From positions 608,001 through 672,000 of the forward strand of contig OY821641.1 of NCBI GenBank assembly GCA_963555995.3: DNA of 64,000 nt, read 5' to 3'. The notes beneath the pieces were generated by a model. It was not told the DNA's origin. It did not search any database and was given only the letters and a program-made list of their open reading frames with translations. Positions 19,970-30,298 of this stretch are shown here, one piece after another. This DNA is from Vicinamibacteria bacterium (GTDB lineage: Bacteria > Acidobacteriota > Vicinamibacteria > Marinacidobacterales > Marinacidobacteraceae). Within the stretch, counting starts at the first letter, position 1; each line of letters starts with the position of its first letter. The position numbers were made by a program, and so were the translations under genes.

Positions 19970-20905
19970 TCAGCCGGAGGGAACGAACCGCACGGTCCGC
20001 ACCGGGAAGAACAGCCGGCCCTCCCGCCCCGCGGCCTGCGGAAAGCGCCAGCCGAAGACGATGCCGAGGACCCGGGGGGTGACTTCCGGCAGCGTGGTCT
20101 CGAGGATCTCGGTGTGGGCGACCAGGCCCTCGTCGTCGAGGTGCACGCGGAGCCGCAGGGCGCCCTCCGCGTTCCCGACGAGCGGCGAGCGGAGTTCCCG
20201 GAACTGCGGTTCCTCGGGCGGCTGGAGGCGCACGGGGGGTGGGGCGGGCTTCTCGCGGCGGAACGTGATCCCGAACGCCAGGTAGATGTTCTGGTCCCGG
20301 ATGCTCTCGTAGAGCTCTTCCCGGGCGGGGAGGTCGCCGGGTTCGCGGAACCAGGAGAGATAGCGGCTGAGCGGAATCTCGAACTCGCGGCCGCTCACCA
20401 TCCGGGTCATTCCGGGTTCGATGGGGGCCTGCACCAGGATGCCCTGGGCGGCGGTCCCGCCCCGGAGGAGGTCGAAGTCCACCCGGAAGCGGGGTTCCGG
20501 CGGCGCCGTTTCCGGGGTGTCCGGCGGCGCTCCGGCTGACCGGGCTTCGTCGGCCGCCGGCCGGAAGCGCACCCGGACGGCCCGCCGGCCGTCCCGCCGC
20601 CGCACCTGCCAGCTCGCCTCCGACCCGGCGGGCGCCGGCCCGAGCGTCAGGAGCTGCGCGAAATAGGCGTCGGGGATCCGGCGGGCGAGGGTCGCGAGCC
20701 ACTCGGAGACCTGGACCGAGGTTCCGTCGGTGTTCACGAGGAACGACAGATCCTCGATCGGGGAGAAGTCCGAGTTCAGCCGCCGGACCTCGAAGACGCG
20801 CACCTCGACGATCAGCGGTGCGTCTTCGCCGTCGGCCGCTACCGCCGGAACGCCCGCGCCGAGCAGACCGGCGACGAGGAACAGCCTGCCCGCGCTCCGC
20901 CTCAT
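19970..20905 (-). CDS. Exported hypothetical protein with possible TonB C-terminal-like domain
   Basis: Signal peptide; C-terminal EGALRLRVHLDDEG...WRFP resembles TonB_C. Confidence 0.5.
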   Translation of the reverse strand: MRRSAGRLFLVAGLLGAGVPAVAADGEDAPLIVEVRVFEVRRLNSDFSPIEDLSFLVNTDGTSVQVSEWLATLARRIPDAYFAQLLTLGPAPAGSEASWQVRRRDGRRAVRVRFRPAADEARSAGAPPDTPETAPPEPRFRVDFDLLRGGTAAQGILVQAPIEPGMTRMVSGREFEIPLSRYLSWFREPGDLPAREELYESIRDQNIYLAFGITFRREKPAPPPVRLQPPEEPQFRELRSPLVGNAEGALRLRVHLDDEGLVAHTEILETTLPEVTPRVLGIVFGWRFPQAAGREGRLFFPVRTVRFVPSG

Positions 20906-20947
20906 GCGCCGGAGTCTACGGGTTCTCGGAGACCCGGCCGGGCTTAA

Positions 20948-21126
20948 CAGCCTGTGGTGAAACCCACGTGAGCGCCGAGAGCGGCGAGGCGCCCGGCTGA
21001 CAAGGCGCGTGAGGGAGGAATACCGGGTGTATTCCGACCGAAACGCAACGCAGAGCGCCTCGTAGAGGCGCGGTTCAGGCGGGATGCATCGCCGCTCGAA
21101 CGCCGCGTGGGTTTCACCACAGGCTG
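20948..21126. mobile_element. 179-bp MITE-like element, copy 1
   Basis: 21-bp TIR cagcctgtggtgaaacccacg, flanked by TTAA on both sides; second copy at 53080-53258. Confidence 0.8.
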
Positions 21127-21149
21127 TTAACGCTTGGTACGCTTCCGGG

Positions 21150-22487
21150 ATGGTCGCGAGTCCAGTTCCTGCCGCAGTCAACCGGAACCCGAGCCCCGCC
21201 GAGGTCCACGACATCCTCCGCCGGCGCCTCATCACCGACGGGCTCGATCTCGTCCTCGATCTCGAGGAGAGTCACGGCGCGTGGATGCGCTGCGCCCGCA
21301 CCGGGCGCGACTTCCTCGACTGCTTTTCCTACTTCGCGACGAACCCCATCGGCCACAACCACCCCGGGGTCACCGAACCCGCGTTCGTCGAGCGGCTCGG
21401 TCGGGTGGCGGTCCACAACCCGTCGAACTCCGACTTCTACACCGTGGAGATGGCGCGGTTCGTGGAGACCTTCTCCCGGCTCGCCATCCCTGACGGCTTT
21501 CGGCACGCCTTCTTTGTGGCCGGGGGCGCGGTGGCGGTCGAGAACGCGCTCAAGACCGCCTTCGACTGGAAGGTCCGGAAGAACCTCGCCGCCGGGAAGG
21601 GCGAACGGGGGAGCCAGGTCATCCACTTCCGCGACGCGTTCCACGGGCGCACCGCCTACGCCCTCTCGATCACCAACACCGAGCCGATGAAGGTGGCCTA
21701 CTTCCCCAGGTTCGACTGGCCGCGGGTCGAGAACCCCTATATCCGCTATCCGGAAGCGGAGCGCCTCGCCGAGACGGAAGCCGCCGAGGCGCGCGCGGCC
21801 GCCGCGATCGAGGCGGCGCTTGCGGCGAACCCCGACGACATCGCGGCGCTCATCATCGAGCCCATCCAGGGAGAGGGCGGCGACTTCCACTTCCGCGGCG
21901 AGTTCCTGCGCGCACTGCGCCGGCTCGCCGACGAGCACGAGTTCCTGCTCATCTTCGACGAGGTGCAGACCGGCGTGGGCATGACCGGCCGGATGTGGTG
22001 CCACCAGCACTTCGGGGTCGAACCCGACGTGCTCGTCTTCGGGAAGAAGACCCAGGTCTGCGGCATCCTCGCGAGCCGCCGGGTGGACGAGGTGGACGAC
22101 AACGTCTTCCGGCTTTCCTCCCGGATCAACTCCACCTTCGGGGGCAACCTGGTGGACATGGTCCGTTTCGGCCGCTACCTGGAGATCATCGAGGAGGAGG
22201 ACCTGATCGGGAACGCGGCCCGGGTCGGGCGCGTGATCCTGGACGGCCTCCACCGTCTGGCCCGGGAGGCCGGCGGCCGGATGACCAGCGTCCGGGGCCG
22301 GGGGCTCATGTGCGCGTTCGACCTCCCGGACACCTCGGAGCGGGACGCCTTCCTGGCCCGCGCCTACGAGAACCGCCTCCTGATCCTGGGCTGCGGCCCG
22401 CGCTCGGTGCGCGTGCGGCCCAACCTCTCGCTCACCGAGGACGAGGCGCGGACCGTTCTCTCGCTGATCGCCCGTTCGCTCGGCTGA
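21150..22487 (+). CDS. lat: L-lysine 6-transaminase (class III PLP aminotransferase)
   Basis: PSNSDFYT, AVENALKTAFDWK, FDWPR, EPIQGEGGD, FGKKTQVCG and SRINSTFGGNL motifs. Confidence 0.9.
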   Translation: MVASPVPAAVNRNPSPAEVHDILRRRLITDGLDLVLDLEESHGAWMRCARTGRDFLDCFSYFATNPIGHNHPGVTEPAFVERLGRVAVHNPSNSDFYTVEMARFVETFSRLAIPDGFRHAFFVAGGAVAVENALKTAFDWKVRKNLAAGKGERGSQVIHFRDAFHGRTAYALSITNTEPMKVAYFPRFDWPRVENPYIRYPEAERLAETEAAEARAAAAIEAALAANPDDIAALIIEPIQGEGGDFHFRGEFLRALRRLADEHEFLLIFDEVQTGVGMTGRMWCHQHFGVEPDVLVFGKKTQVCGILASRRVDEVDDNVFRLSSRINSTFGGNLVDMVRFGRYLEIIEEEDLIGNAARVGRVILDGLHRLAREAGGRMTSVRGRGLMCAFDLPDTSERDAFLARAYENRLLILGCGPRSVRVRPNLSLTEDEARTVLSLIARSLG

Positions 22488-22491
22488 GCAC

Positions 22492-22668
22492 CCACCCGCC
22501 GCCGGTGACGCGCCCGGCCTGGACCGCCGGTCTCCGGACCGGCACCCGCGGCGCTCCGCACCGCGCACGTCCCAACCCCCACCCGCCACCAGCGACGCGT
22601 CCGGCCTGGACCGCCGGTCTCCAGACCGGCACCCGCGGTGCTCCGCACCGCGCACGTCCCAACCCCCC
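22492..22668 (+). repeat. Two tandem ~87-bp REP-containing units
   Basis: Near-identical units, each with ggaccgccggtctcc(g/a)gaccggcac. Confidence 0.8.
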
Positions 22669-22730
22669 CTCCACCTCACGACGCAACGGTCTGAAACGCC
22701 GACCCCGGCTCGTAAATCGCTACGCCCCGC

Positions 22731-23438
22731 TCAGCTCACCCCCAGCGCCGCCCCGCTCACCTCCACGAGCACCCACAGGATGCCCGCCGTCCCCAGCGGC
22801 ACGAACAGGTTGTCGCTCCCGAAGGGACAGACCGCCTCGATCCCCGCCGCCGCCGTCCCGGTCACCAGGCCGAACGCGACCGCGGGATGCCAGGAGTAGC
22901 CCGCCATCGCGTGGAGCACCACGGCGACGACGACCCCGGAGACCAGGAACATCGCCATGCTCCCCTCCATCGTCCGCGAGTGGCCGAGGATGGTGTAGCG
23001 GCGGGTCCCGTAGCGTTTCCCGAAGACCGCGGCGGCGGCGTCGCCGAGCGCCATCGCCAGCAGTCCGGCCACCGCCAGAAACGCCTGGTTCCCGGGTTCC
23101 CCCGGCCGGAAGAAGACGGCGAGGAGCACCGCGAACGAGAAGGGGAAGAAGACGGTGCCCAGGTTCGCGGGATCGCTGTCGAGCGGGGACAGCCGGAACC
23201 GGTGGATCACGAAGTTCAGCACCAGGAACGTGAGCGGCGGCGCGACCGCCACCCGCCAGTCGGCGAACAGGAACACCGTGGGGACCACCCACAGCCCGAC
23301 ACCCACATGGACGACCTTGCGCGCCGCGTCCGGAGAGACCCTGCCGGCGCGGCGGAGGAGTTCGGTGACCACCAGCAGCGCCCCGACCGAGCCGTAGCTG
23401 GCCAGGAGCGCCGCCGGGTGGGAAAGGGGAGGGGTCAT
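22731..23438 (-). CDS. Phytol/dolichol kinase-like membrane protein (SEC59/DGK1/VTE5 family)
   Basis: RKVVHVGVG, LGDAAAAVFG, RTMEGS and DNLFVP motifs. Confidence 0.8.
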   Translation of the reverse strand: MTPPLSHPAALLASYGSVGALLVVTELLRRAGRVSPDAARKVVHVGVGLWVVPTVFLFADWRVAVAPPLTFLVLNFVIHRFRLSPLDSDPANLGTVFFPFSFAVLLAVFFRPGEPGNQAFLAVAGLLAMALGDAAAAVFGKRYGTRRYTILGHSRTMEGSMAMFLVSGVVVAVVLHAMAGYSWHPAVAFGLVTGTAAAGIEAVCPFGSDNLFVPLGTAGILWVLVEVSGAALGVS

Positions 23439-24127
23439 GCGCCCGGAGCGGCCGCCGGCGCGTGCCGCGCCCGTTCGTAGCTCCCCCAGTCGTCGAGGTC
23501 GAGGAGCTCCCGCTCGCCGGCCCGGACGACCACCACGTCCGCGCGGTGCCGCGCGAGGACGCGGCCGGCGCCCCGGTCCCGGCCCTCCCCTTCCGCCGCG
23601 CGGGTTCCCGACAGTTCCAGCACCTCCGGGAAGAGTCGCCGCCGGAGCACTACCGGCAGACCCCAGGTCCCCGTCCGTTCCATCGCCAGGGTCGCCGGAA
23701 CGGCGGCGGCGGGGGGCTGCCGGGGTCCGGCGGCGGCGGCGGCGAGCCTCCGGATCAGGCCGGCGGAGAGGAAGGGCTGGTCCACGGGGGCGACCACCGC
23801 CCAGAAGATGTGCCGCTCGGCCGCCAGAGCCCGGATCCCGACCTGGAGGGAGGAGAGCATGCCCCGCTGCCAGGCGGGGTTGGGGACGGCGCGGATCGCC
23901 AGTCCCCGGAGTTCGGGAGCGATCTCGCGGTGGGCGTGGCCGAGCACGACGAACACCGGGGCAAGGCCGGCGGCAATCAGGGTCTCCGCCGCGGCGCGGA
24001 CCAGGGTCCGGCCCGAGCCGTCCGGATGGGGCAGGAGGGCCTTGACGCGGCGCATCCGCTTCGACTCGCCGGCGGCGAGCAGGAGGCCGGCGGCGGGGAC
24101 TCCGGCTGTCGAATCGGTTCCGGGAAT
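23435..24127 (-). CDS. MocA-like nucleotidyltransferase (molybdenum cofactor cytidylyltransferase family)
   Basis: GLLLAAGESKRM lies in frame upstream of ATG 24055; NPAWQRGMLSSL, DQP, DRGAG and DLDD motifs. Start tentatively ATT 24127. Confidence 0.75.
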   Translation of the reverse strand: MPGTDSTAGVPAAGLLLAAGESKRMRRVKALLPHPDGSGRTLVRAAAETLIAAGLAPVFVVLGHAHREIAPELRGLAIRAVPNPAWQRGMLSSLQVGIRALAAERHIFWAVVAPVDQPFLSAGLIRRLAAAAAGPRQPPAAAVPATLAMERTGTWGLPVVLRRRLFPEVLELSGTRAAEGEGRDRGAGRVLARHRADVVVVRAGERELLDLDDWGSYERARHAPAAAPGA

Positions 24128-24201
24128 GGCGGGATTCTCCGAGTGGGGGCGGCGGCGAGTGTATTCCGGCGCGGGATGGCTTGGCGCTAGGCTAGGGAGC
24201 C

Positions 24202-25323
24202 GTGAAGCGCCTGACCTTCTGCCTGCCGTTCTTCGCGCTGTACCTCTCCTGCGGCGGCGGTGTCTCTCCCAGCACCCCTCCTCCGGCGCCGCCGCGGCCG
24301 CCGCGGGCGCTGACGGGTCTCGAGCCGTTCGCTCCCCGCACCGACATCCGCGTCGGTCAGAAGATCGGACCGCTGGTCGTCTACGGCGCCTACGACGACG
24401 GCACCACCGGCACGGTGAACGCCGAGTGGACCTCGTCGGATCCCGGCGTGGTCGCGATCGACGAGGACGGCTTCGTCGAAGCGATCGCCGCCGGGACGGC
24501 GGTGCTGACCGCCACCTTCGAGGGCTTCGAAACGGAACTGGAGTTCGTGGTGGAGGATCCGATTCCCCGGAGCACCCGGGACCGGCCGGACGACATCAGC
24601 GGGCCGCAGATCCATTTCATCTACGCGGTCCCGAGCGACATCGAAGATCGGAACCGCGACCGGTTCGGGGAAATGGAGCGCTCGGTCCTGGGTATTCAAA
24701 ACTGGCTGCCGCAGGAAACCGGACAGCGCCTGCGCGTGGACACCTACCAGGGGCGCCCCGACGTTTCCTTCCTGCAGCTTCCGTTCACCCACCAGGAGGG
24801 TGACGGGTTCGGCGTATACATGGTGAGGGAACTGGAGCGCGAAGCTTCGCGGCTCGGACTCTCGGGAGACAAGATCCCGGTGTTCTACTACGAGGGCCGG
24901 GTAACGGGGCTCTGCGGTACGGCCATTTCCGGACTCGGTGGGGCCGTTTACCTGGCTTGCAGCGACGCGGAGCTCGGCCGTGATGAGGACTCCGTCTCCA
25001 CCTTCGAGGTGGTGATGGTCCACGAGCTGTTCCACGTCTTCGGCGCGGTGGCGAGCTGCGCGCCGAACTATATCGAGGGCTCTCACGTGAACGACGTGGA
25101 GAACGATCTGATGTATGCGGGGGTCGAAAGGAGCCCGCGTGGGGGTGAGACCTTCGTTGATGTGGGCCGCGACGACTACTACGGCCACGGGCGCCCGGAC
25201 TGCAACGACGTCAGCCGGAGCCGGTTCCTGGAGCCGGCGCCCGGGGTCGCGGCCGGCACGCGCACGGTGGACGTGCGGCTCCCCGCCGGGGACTGGCCGC
25301 TCCGCTGCGCCCTCGAGCACTGA
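24202..25323 (+). CDS. Lipoprotein with Ig-like (Big_2) domain and HExxH metallopeptidase-like domain
   Basis: YLSC lipobox-like, WTSSDPGV Ig motif, HELFH and DLMY. Confidence 0.75.
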   Translation: MKRLTFCLPFFALYLSCGGGVSPSTPPPAPPRPPRALTGLEPFAPRTDIRVGQKIGPLVVYGAYDDGTTGTVNAEWTSSDPGVVAIDEDGFVEAIAAGTAVLTATFEGFETELEFVVEDPIPRSTRDRPDDISGPQIHFIYAVPSDIEDRNRDRFGEMERSVLGIQNWLPQETGQRLRVDTYQGRPDVSFLQLPFTHQEGDGFGVYMVRELEREASRLGLSGDKIPVFYYEGRVTGLCGTAISGLGGAVYLACSDAELGRDEDSVSTFEVVMVHELFHVFGAVASCAPNYIEGSHVNDVENDLMYAGVERSPRGGETFVDVGRDDYYGHGRPDCNDVSRSRFLEPAPGVAAGTRTVDVRLPAGDWPLRCALEH

Positions 25324-25329
25324 GGGGGC

Positions 25330-25480
25330 TGGGAGCGCCGGTCTTCAGACCGGCACCGCCCGCGGAACGCGGGCGAAGTCGCGGTATGGCCGTCCCTCAA
25401 TCGGGTAGGTAACGAGCGGAGAAGCAATCAGGATTTCGCGGGCCTGCGGCCCGCGTGCCGGTCTGAAGACCGGCGCTCCC
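25330..25480. repeat. Inverted REP doublet
   Basis: gggagcgccggtcttcagaccggcac ... gtgccggtctgaagaccggcgctccc. Confidence 0.85.
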
Positions 25481-25481
25481 C

Positions 25482-26135
25482 CTAGTGCTCGCCCTGGCCT
25501 TCGACGACGAAGCCGAGGGTGAGGCCGTCCGCCCAGGGATAGCCGAGCGCCCAGCCGCCGGTGTCGTCCTGGAAGATCGCGGGTTCGGTGATCCCCTCCC
25601 AGTTGGGCGCCAGACTCATCACCGCCGGGTGGCCGATGCCGGTGGCGGCGAAGCTCATGATGTTGAGGTCGTCCTGGCCCCACTCGACGTCCACGGTCAT
25701 GTCCTCCGCGACCGGAACCAGCAGCACGAAGTCGAGGTGCACCGAGACGCCCATGTGGTTCCCGTCCTCGGGACGGATCCCGTAGCGCATGGTGAAGACG
25801 TTCGGCTCGATGGGGTTCCCCTTGTAGTCGGACCAGGGACCGTCAATCCGGACGACGCCGACCAGGGTCCCGACCCCGAGCTCCGGGAACGACGCCGCGG
25901 GGTTCGCGTTGGCGCCGGTGGGTTGCTCGGCGCGGAGCCAGAAGTCGAGGTTCACTCCCGAGGCGAGCGTCGCCCGGACTCCCTCCGCCCCGATCACCGC
26001 CCGGATCTCCTCCGAGACATCCTCCGGAGGAGCGCCGTCGGCGGCCCCCAGGGTTGGCTGATCGGCCCCCAGCGACAGGCCGGCGGCGAGCAGCGCGGCC
26101 GGCGGCAGACAGGCGAAACGCGGACGAACCTTCAT
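25482..26135 (-). CDS. Exported conserved hypothetical protein
   Basis: Signal peptide; FTMRYGIRPEDGNHMGVS and HPAVMSL segments; operonic with the upstream genes. Confidence 0.7.
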   Translation of the reverse strand: MKVRPRFACLPPAALLAAGLSLGADQPTLGAADGAPPEDVSEEIRAVIGAEGVRATLASGVNLDFWLRAEQPTGANANPAASFPELGVGTLVGVVRIDGPWSDYKGNPIEPNVFTMRYGIRPEDGNHMGVSVHLDFVLLVPVAEDMTVDVEWGQDDLNIMSFAATGIGHPAVMSLAPNWEGITEPAIFQDDTGGWALGYPWADGLTLGFVVEGQGEH

Positions 26136-26157
26136 GGCGCGGCAGCAGGGTCCGCCG

Positions 26158-26853
26158 TCAGCGGACGAAGGTGCCCAGGAAGGCGCTCCGCTTGAGCGGG
26201 CAGCTCCAGGTGGTGTCGAAGTCGTCGCCCCGGAACGCGTGCGCCTCGGTGTAGGCCGGCATCGCGTCCGCGATCTCCGTCAGCGGCGGGTAGTACACGA
26301 ACTCGCTGCCGCAGAGGTGATCCTTGTGGGTGATCGCCCGGGTCTTGATCTCCACCAGCTCGCCGGCGCTCAGCGCGGCGTGGCCCGGTGTGCTCTCGAA
26401 GTCCGCGGCCACCGGTGCGTCACGGATGTTCCGGACGTTGTCGAGCAGCTCGCCGCCCATGTCGTGCGCGAGCTGGATGAGGGCGCTCCGCTGGTCGGCG
26501 TTCGCGGCCTCGTCCACGATCAGCACCGACTCCACCGGGTACGGGTTGTCGTGCGGATCTCCCAGGGTCGCCTGGGCCTTCACCACCGCGACCACCGAGA
26601 GGCCGGAGAGCTCGACGCCCTCGTATGTCCCCTCGGAGACGTTCCAGGCGAGCACGGCCTCCTCGCCGTCGAGGCCGACCTCGCTGTTCGCGTAGCAGTG
26701 ACCGGCGTACACGTCCGCGGTGCGGGCCTCGAGATAGAGGCCGGTGAGCGAGGTGTCCGCCTCGCCGGGGCCTTCTGCAAAGGCCGTGGCGGCGAAAGCC
26801 ATGGCGCCCATCGCGAGGAACGCGGCTGCCAGCAGGAAACGGGAAATCTTCAT
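26158..26853 (-). CDS. DUF1326-like exported putative metal-binding protein
   Basis: GGAGG RBS; signal peptide; YLEARTADVYAGHCYANSE and HLCGSEFVYYPPL. Confidence 0.75.
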   Translation of the reverse strand: MKISRFLLAAAFLAMGAMAFAATAFAEGPGEADTSLTGLYLEARTADVYAGHCYANSEVGLDGEEAVLAWNVSEGTYEGVELSGLSVVAVVKAQATLGDPHDNPYPVESVLIVDEAANADQRSALIQLAHDMGGELLDNVRNIRDAPVAADFESTPGHAALSAGELVEIKTRAITHKDHLCGSEFVYYPPLTEIADAMPAYTEAHAFRGDDFDTTWSCPLKRSAFLGTFVR

Positions 26854-26958
26854 GACGCTACCTCCGTCGGGGAACCACGGTTCGCTACGGTCACCCGAGC
26901 AAAAGGAGTCTAACAGGGCTCACGCCCGGCTTCATCCGGCTTTCGGGGTTCGTGCTCC

Positions 26959-27219
26959 CTACCAGGCGCTTTCGAAACAGGACCGTCCGGAACCGTCGCT
27001 GCAGCGTTCCTTGTCGGCGACCCGCCCGTCGGGGCCGAGGCAGTTCATGGTGTGGGTGCACCAGAAGTGGTCGTCGCCGGGATGCCCGCCCGGGACGCTC
27101 GGGTCGTACTCCATGTCCATGTACATGGCCTTGGAGCGCAGACGGTGGCAGAGCGAGAAAGCGGCGCGTCCGGTAGCCCCGGGAATGGCGCTCTTCGGAG
27201 CGGTGGTCTTCGTGGCCAT
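26959..27219 (-). CDS. Small Cys-rich hypothetical protein
   Basis: GAGGAG RBS; C..LRSK.MY...FWC..T..C.GPD......C......C pattern; 11 nt after the FAD subunit stop. Confidence 0.65.
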   Translation of the reverse strand: MATKTTAPKSAIPGATGRAAFSLCHRLRSKAMYMDMEYDPSVPGGHPGDDHFWCTHTMNCLGPDGRVADKERCSDGSGRSCFESAW

Positions 27220-27230
27220 CGTCGTTCTCC

Positions 27231-28175
27231 TCACCTGGCGGCGAGCGCGGCGCGTTTCACCGCGACCCGCGCGAGCTGGATCTTGTAGCCGTTGCCGGAG
27301 AGCGCGGCGGCGTCGGCCACCGCGGCGTCACCCGCGGCCTCGGCGCTCGCCTCGCTGATGCCGCCCGCCAGGGCCTCACCCGCCGCCGCGCTCATCCAGG
27401 GGATGGGCGCCGCGTGACCGAGCACCACCCGGGCGCCCCCGTCCGAGGCGGCGACCGAAGCGGCGGCCAGCGGCCAGTCGAAGCCCTTCCGGTTCCTGAT
27501 CTCGTAGGTGGCGTTGCTGGACGAGCGCATCGGGATGGTGACGCCGGTCACGATCTCGGCGGCGCCGAGCGTGAACTCGCTCTCGTCGCTGGAAGCCGGC
27601 GTCCGGTAGAGGTCCTCGACCGCCACGGTGCGCTCGCCGTCCGGCCCGAGGACGGTCGCCGAGGCGCCGAGCGCGATCAGCGGGGGCGCGAGGCTCGACG
27701 GGTTCACGAAGACCGCGTCCCCCCCGTTCCCGAAGATCGCGTGGTAGCGGTTGTCGCCCGTCTTCGCCATGGACGCCCCGTCGTGCATCGGCACCAGCCC
27801 GAAGCCCGCGCGGAAGTACCAGCAGCGGGGCCGCTGCAGGAGGTCGCCGCCGACCGTGCGCATGGAGAGCACCTGCCGGCTGCGGACCCCGGCGATGGCC
27901 TGCGCGACCGCCGGGAAGGACTCCCGGATCACCCGGTGCTCACCGAGCGGCCCCAGCCGGGTGGTGGCGCCGATGTGGAGTCCGCCGTCGCTCTCGTGCG
28001 CTCCGGCCAGGTCCGGGATCGCCTTCAGGTTGACGAGACGCGACGGCGCCGCCGCCCCGTCCTTCATCAGGCTCAGCAGGTCGGTGCCGCCCGCGAGCGC
28101 TACTGCCCCCTCGGCGGACAGCATCCGGATCGCGTCCTCGGTGGTCCGGGGACTGGAGTATTCGAAGGCGCGCAT
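27231..28175 (-). CDS. Xanthine dehydrogenase family FAD-binding subunit (PaoB/YagS-like)
   Basis: LAGGTDLL, TVGGDLLQRPRCWYFR, HAIFG and NGYKI motifs. Confidence 0.9.
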   Translation of the reverse strand: MRAFEYSSPRTTEDAIRMLSAEGAVALAGGTDLLSLMKDGAAAPSRLVNLKAIPDLAGAHESDGGLHIGATTRLGPLGEHRVIRESFPAVAQAIAGVRSRQVLSMRTVGGDLLQRPRCWYFRAGFGLVPMHDGASMAKTGDNRYHAIFGNGGDAVFVNPSSLAPPLIALGASATVLGPDGERTVAVEDLYRTPASSDESEFTLGAAEIVTGVTIPMRSSSNATYEIRNRKGFDWPLAAASVAASDGGARVVLGHAAPIPWMSAAAGEALAGGISEASAEAAGDAAVADAAALSGNGYKIQLARVAVKRAALAAR

Positions 28176-30298
28176 CAGGCCATCCCTCCGTTGATTGCGG
28201 CGAGCACCCGCTCGGGGGTCATCGGCATCTCGTTGATCGGAACCCCGGTCGCGTTGGTCGCCGCGTTGGCGATCGCCGCTCCCGGCGCGATGACCGGGGG
28301 CTCGCCCAGGCCGATCACCCCGCGTTCGTCGTAACCGGGTCCGGTCATCATGTGGACGATCATCTCGCCCACGTCCTCGATTCCGGCCAGCTTGTAGAAC
28401 TCCATGTCGGGGTTCAGCATCTGGCCGGTGTGCGGATCGAAGACCCGCTCCTCGGTGAGCGCGTAGGTCACGCCCATGATGAGCGAGCCGTACACCTGGC
28501 TCTCCGCGAGCTTCATGTCGAGGATGAGCCCGCAGTCCTGGACCGCGACCATGCGGTTGATGGAGACCACGCCGGTCTCCATGTCCACGCTGACGTCGGC
28601 CATCTGGATGCCGCCCACCCCGCTGTCGTTCAACTGGCCCGGGCCGGGGTTGGCGCCGGTGGCGGACACCGGGTTCACCCCGATGAGGGTCGCCGCCTGC
28701 CGCCAGGGCATCGCGGCCATGGAACCGTCCTTGAAGTGGAGCTGGCCGTTCTTGAGTTCCAGGTTGGCCATCTCGGTCCCGAGCCGCGGGGCGATCCGCT
28801 CGAACACGGCGTCCACCGCGTTGAGCGCCGCCCGGCGGGTAGCGCCGCTGACGCCTCCCACCGTGGTGCTGCCGCCCGAGGCGCCGGATGCCGGGAGGAC
28901 GCTCCGTCCCATGGTCACCTTGACCTGCTCCAGGCCGACGCCGAAGGTCTCGGCCAGCACCAGGGCGATGATGGTGCGGGTCCCGGTGCCGAGGTCTTGG
29001 CTCCCGATCCGGGCTTCCACCAGCCCGTCGCGGTAGGCGAGCACCTCGCAGTTGCTCCGGTGGCCGCGGCCGCCCCAGGTGTGGAGCGCGAGGCCGAGGC
29101 CCGAGCGCACCGTCCCGGTCGCCGAGCCGCGCGGCCGCCAGCGGTCGCGCCAGCCCATCAGTTCGGCGCCCTTCTCGAGTTCCTCAACGTAGGTGTTCGC
29201 ACGCTCGCCGGTCTTCTCGATGTTCTTCAGGAAGAAATCGAGCGGGTCCATCCCCGCCGCGTGGGCGAGGTCCTCGAGCGCCCGCATGGTGACGAGGCAC
29301 GCCTGCGGGTGTCGCGGGGCCCGCCAGGCCCGCGCCGGCCCGGTGTTCGTCGGCACCGAGGTGTGCATGTGGGTCTGGTTCTCGAAGGAGAACACGTAGG
29401 GGAGCGGCGGGGAGTTCGCGCCTGCCGGTCCTCCCGAACCCCAGCTCTTCGAATCCCAGGCCACCACGTTCCCGTCGGCGTCGGCGCCCGTCGAGACCTC
29501 GGCGTGCGTCGAGGGACGCGCGCCGGCGACGCTGACCTCCTGGTCCCGGTCGAGCATCAGCTTCACCGGCCGGCCGGTGTCCTTCGCGAGCTGGGCGCAG
29601 ACCACGCCCCAGCGGTCCACGCTGAACTTGCTGCCGAAGCCGCCGCCCATGTACTGGGTCTCGACGTGGACGTTCGAGGCCGGGATGCCGATCTGCTCGC
29701 CGAGCTGCGACGCGACGCCGGAGATCGCCTGGGTGGAGGCCCAGAGCGTGACCGTCTCCTCGTCCTGCCACTCGGCGACCTGGCCGTGGGACTCGAGCGA
29801 GCAGTGGGCGATCTGCGCCACGTGGTAGCTGCCGCTCGACTTCGTCGGCGCCGAGGCCATCGCCGCCGCCGGGTCCCCGGTGGTCTCCGCCTGGGCGGGC
29901 TGGGCGTCGGGCGCCTCGTCCACCGCGCGCTCGTTCACGAAGTGCGGCAGCACCTCGTATTCGATCTTCACGGCGGCCGCGCCGTCGCGGGCGACCTCCT
30001 CCGAGGTGGCGGCCACCGCCACGATCTCGTCGTGCGCCCACTGGATCTCGGTCCCCACGTCCTGGATGACGTGGACCTTGACCACCCCGTCCATCGCCTC
30101 CGCCGCCGAGGTATCCATGGCGGTGATGCGGGCGTGAGCGTGCGGGCACTGGACCATGATCGCCCAGAGCATTCCGCGGCGGTTCACGTCGTAGGCGTAC
30201 TTCGCCCGTCCGGTCGCCTTGACGGGTCCGTCAAGGCGGCTGATGTGTTTGCCGATGTGCAGGCGGTCGCCTGCGGCGGGCCAGACATACTCAGCCAT
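28175..30298 (-). CDS. Xanthine dehydrogenase family molybdopterin-binding subunit
   Basis: [33 protein letters not shown] and GLGEPP motifs. Confidence 0.9.
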   Translation of the reverse strand: MAEYVWPAAGDRLHIGKHISRLDGPVKATGRAKYAYDVNRRGMLWAIMVQCPHAHARITAMDTSAAEAMDGVVKVHVIQDVGTEIQWAHDEIVAVAATSEEVARDGAAAVKIEYEVLPHFVNERAVDEAPDAQPAQAETTGDPAAAMASAPTKSSGSYHVAQIAHCSLESHGQVAEWQDEETVTLWASTQAISGVASQLGEQIGIPASNVHVETQYMGGGFGSKFSVDRWGVVCAQLAKDTGRPVKLMLDRDQEVSVAGARPSTHAEVSTGADADGNVVAWDSKSWGSGGPAGANSPPLPYVFSFENQTHMHTSVPTNTGPARAWRAPRHPQACLVTMRALEDLAHAAGMDPLDFFLKNIEKTGERANTYVEELEKGAELMGWRDRWRPRGSATGTVRSGLGLALHTWGGRGHRSNCEVLAYRDGLVEARIGSQDLGTGTRTIIALVLAETFGVGLEQVKVTMGRSVLPASGASGGSTTVGGVSGATRRAALNAVDAVFERIAPRLGTEMANLELKNGQLHFKDGSMAAMPWRQAATLIGVNPVSATGANPGPGQLNDSGVGGIQMADVSVDMETGVVSINRMVAVQDCGLILDMKLAESQVYGSLIMGVTYALTEERVFDPHTGQMLNPDMEFYKLAGIEDVGEMIVHMMTGPGYDERGVIGLGEPPVIAPGAAIANAATNATGVPINEMPMTPERVLAAINGGMA

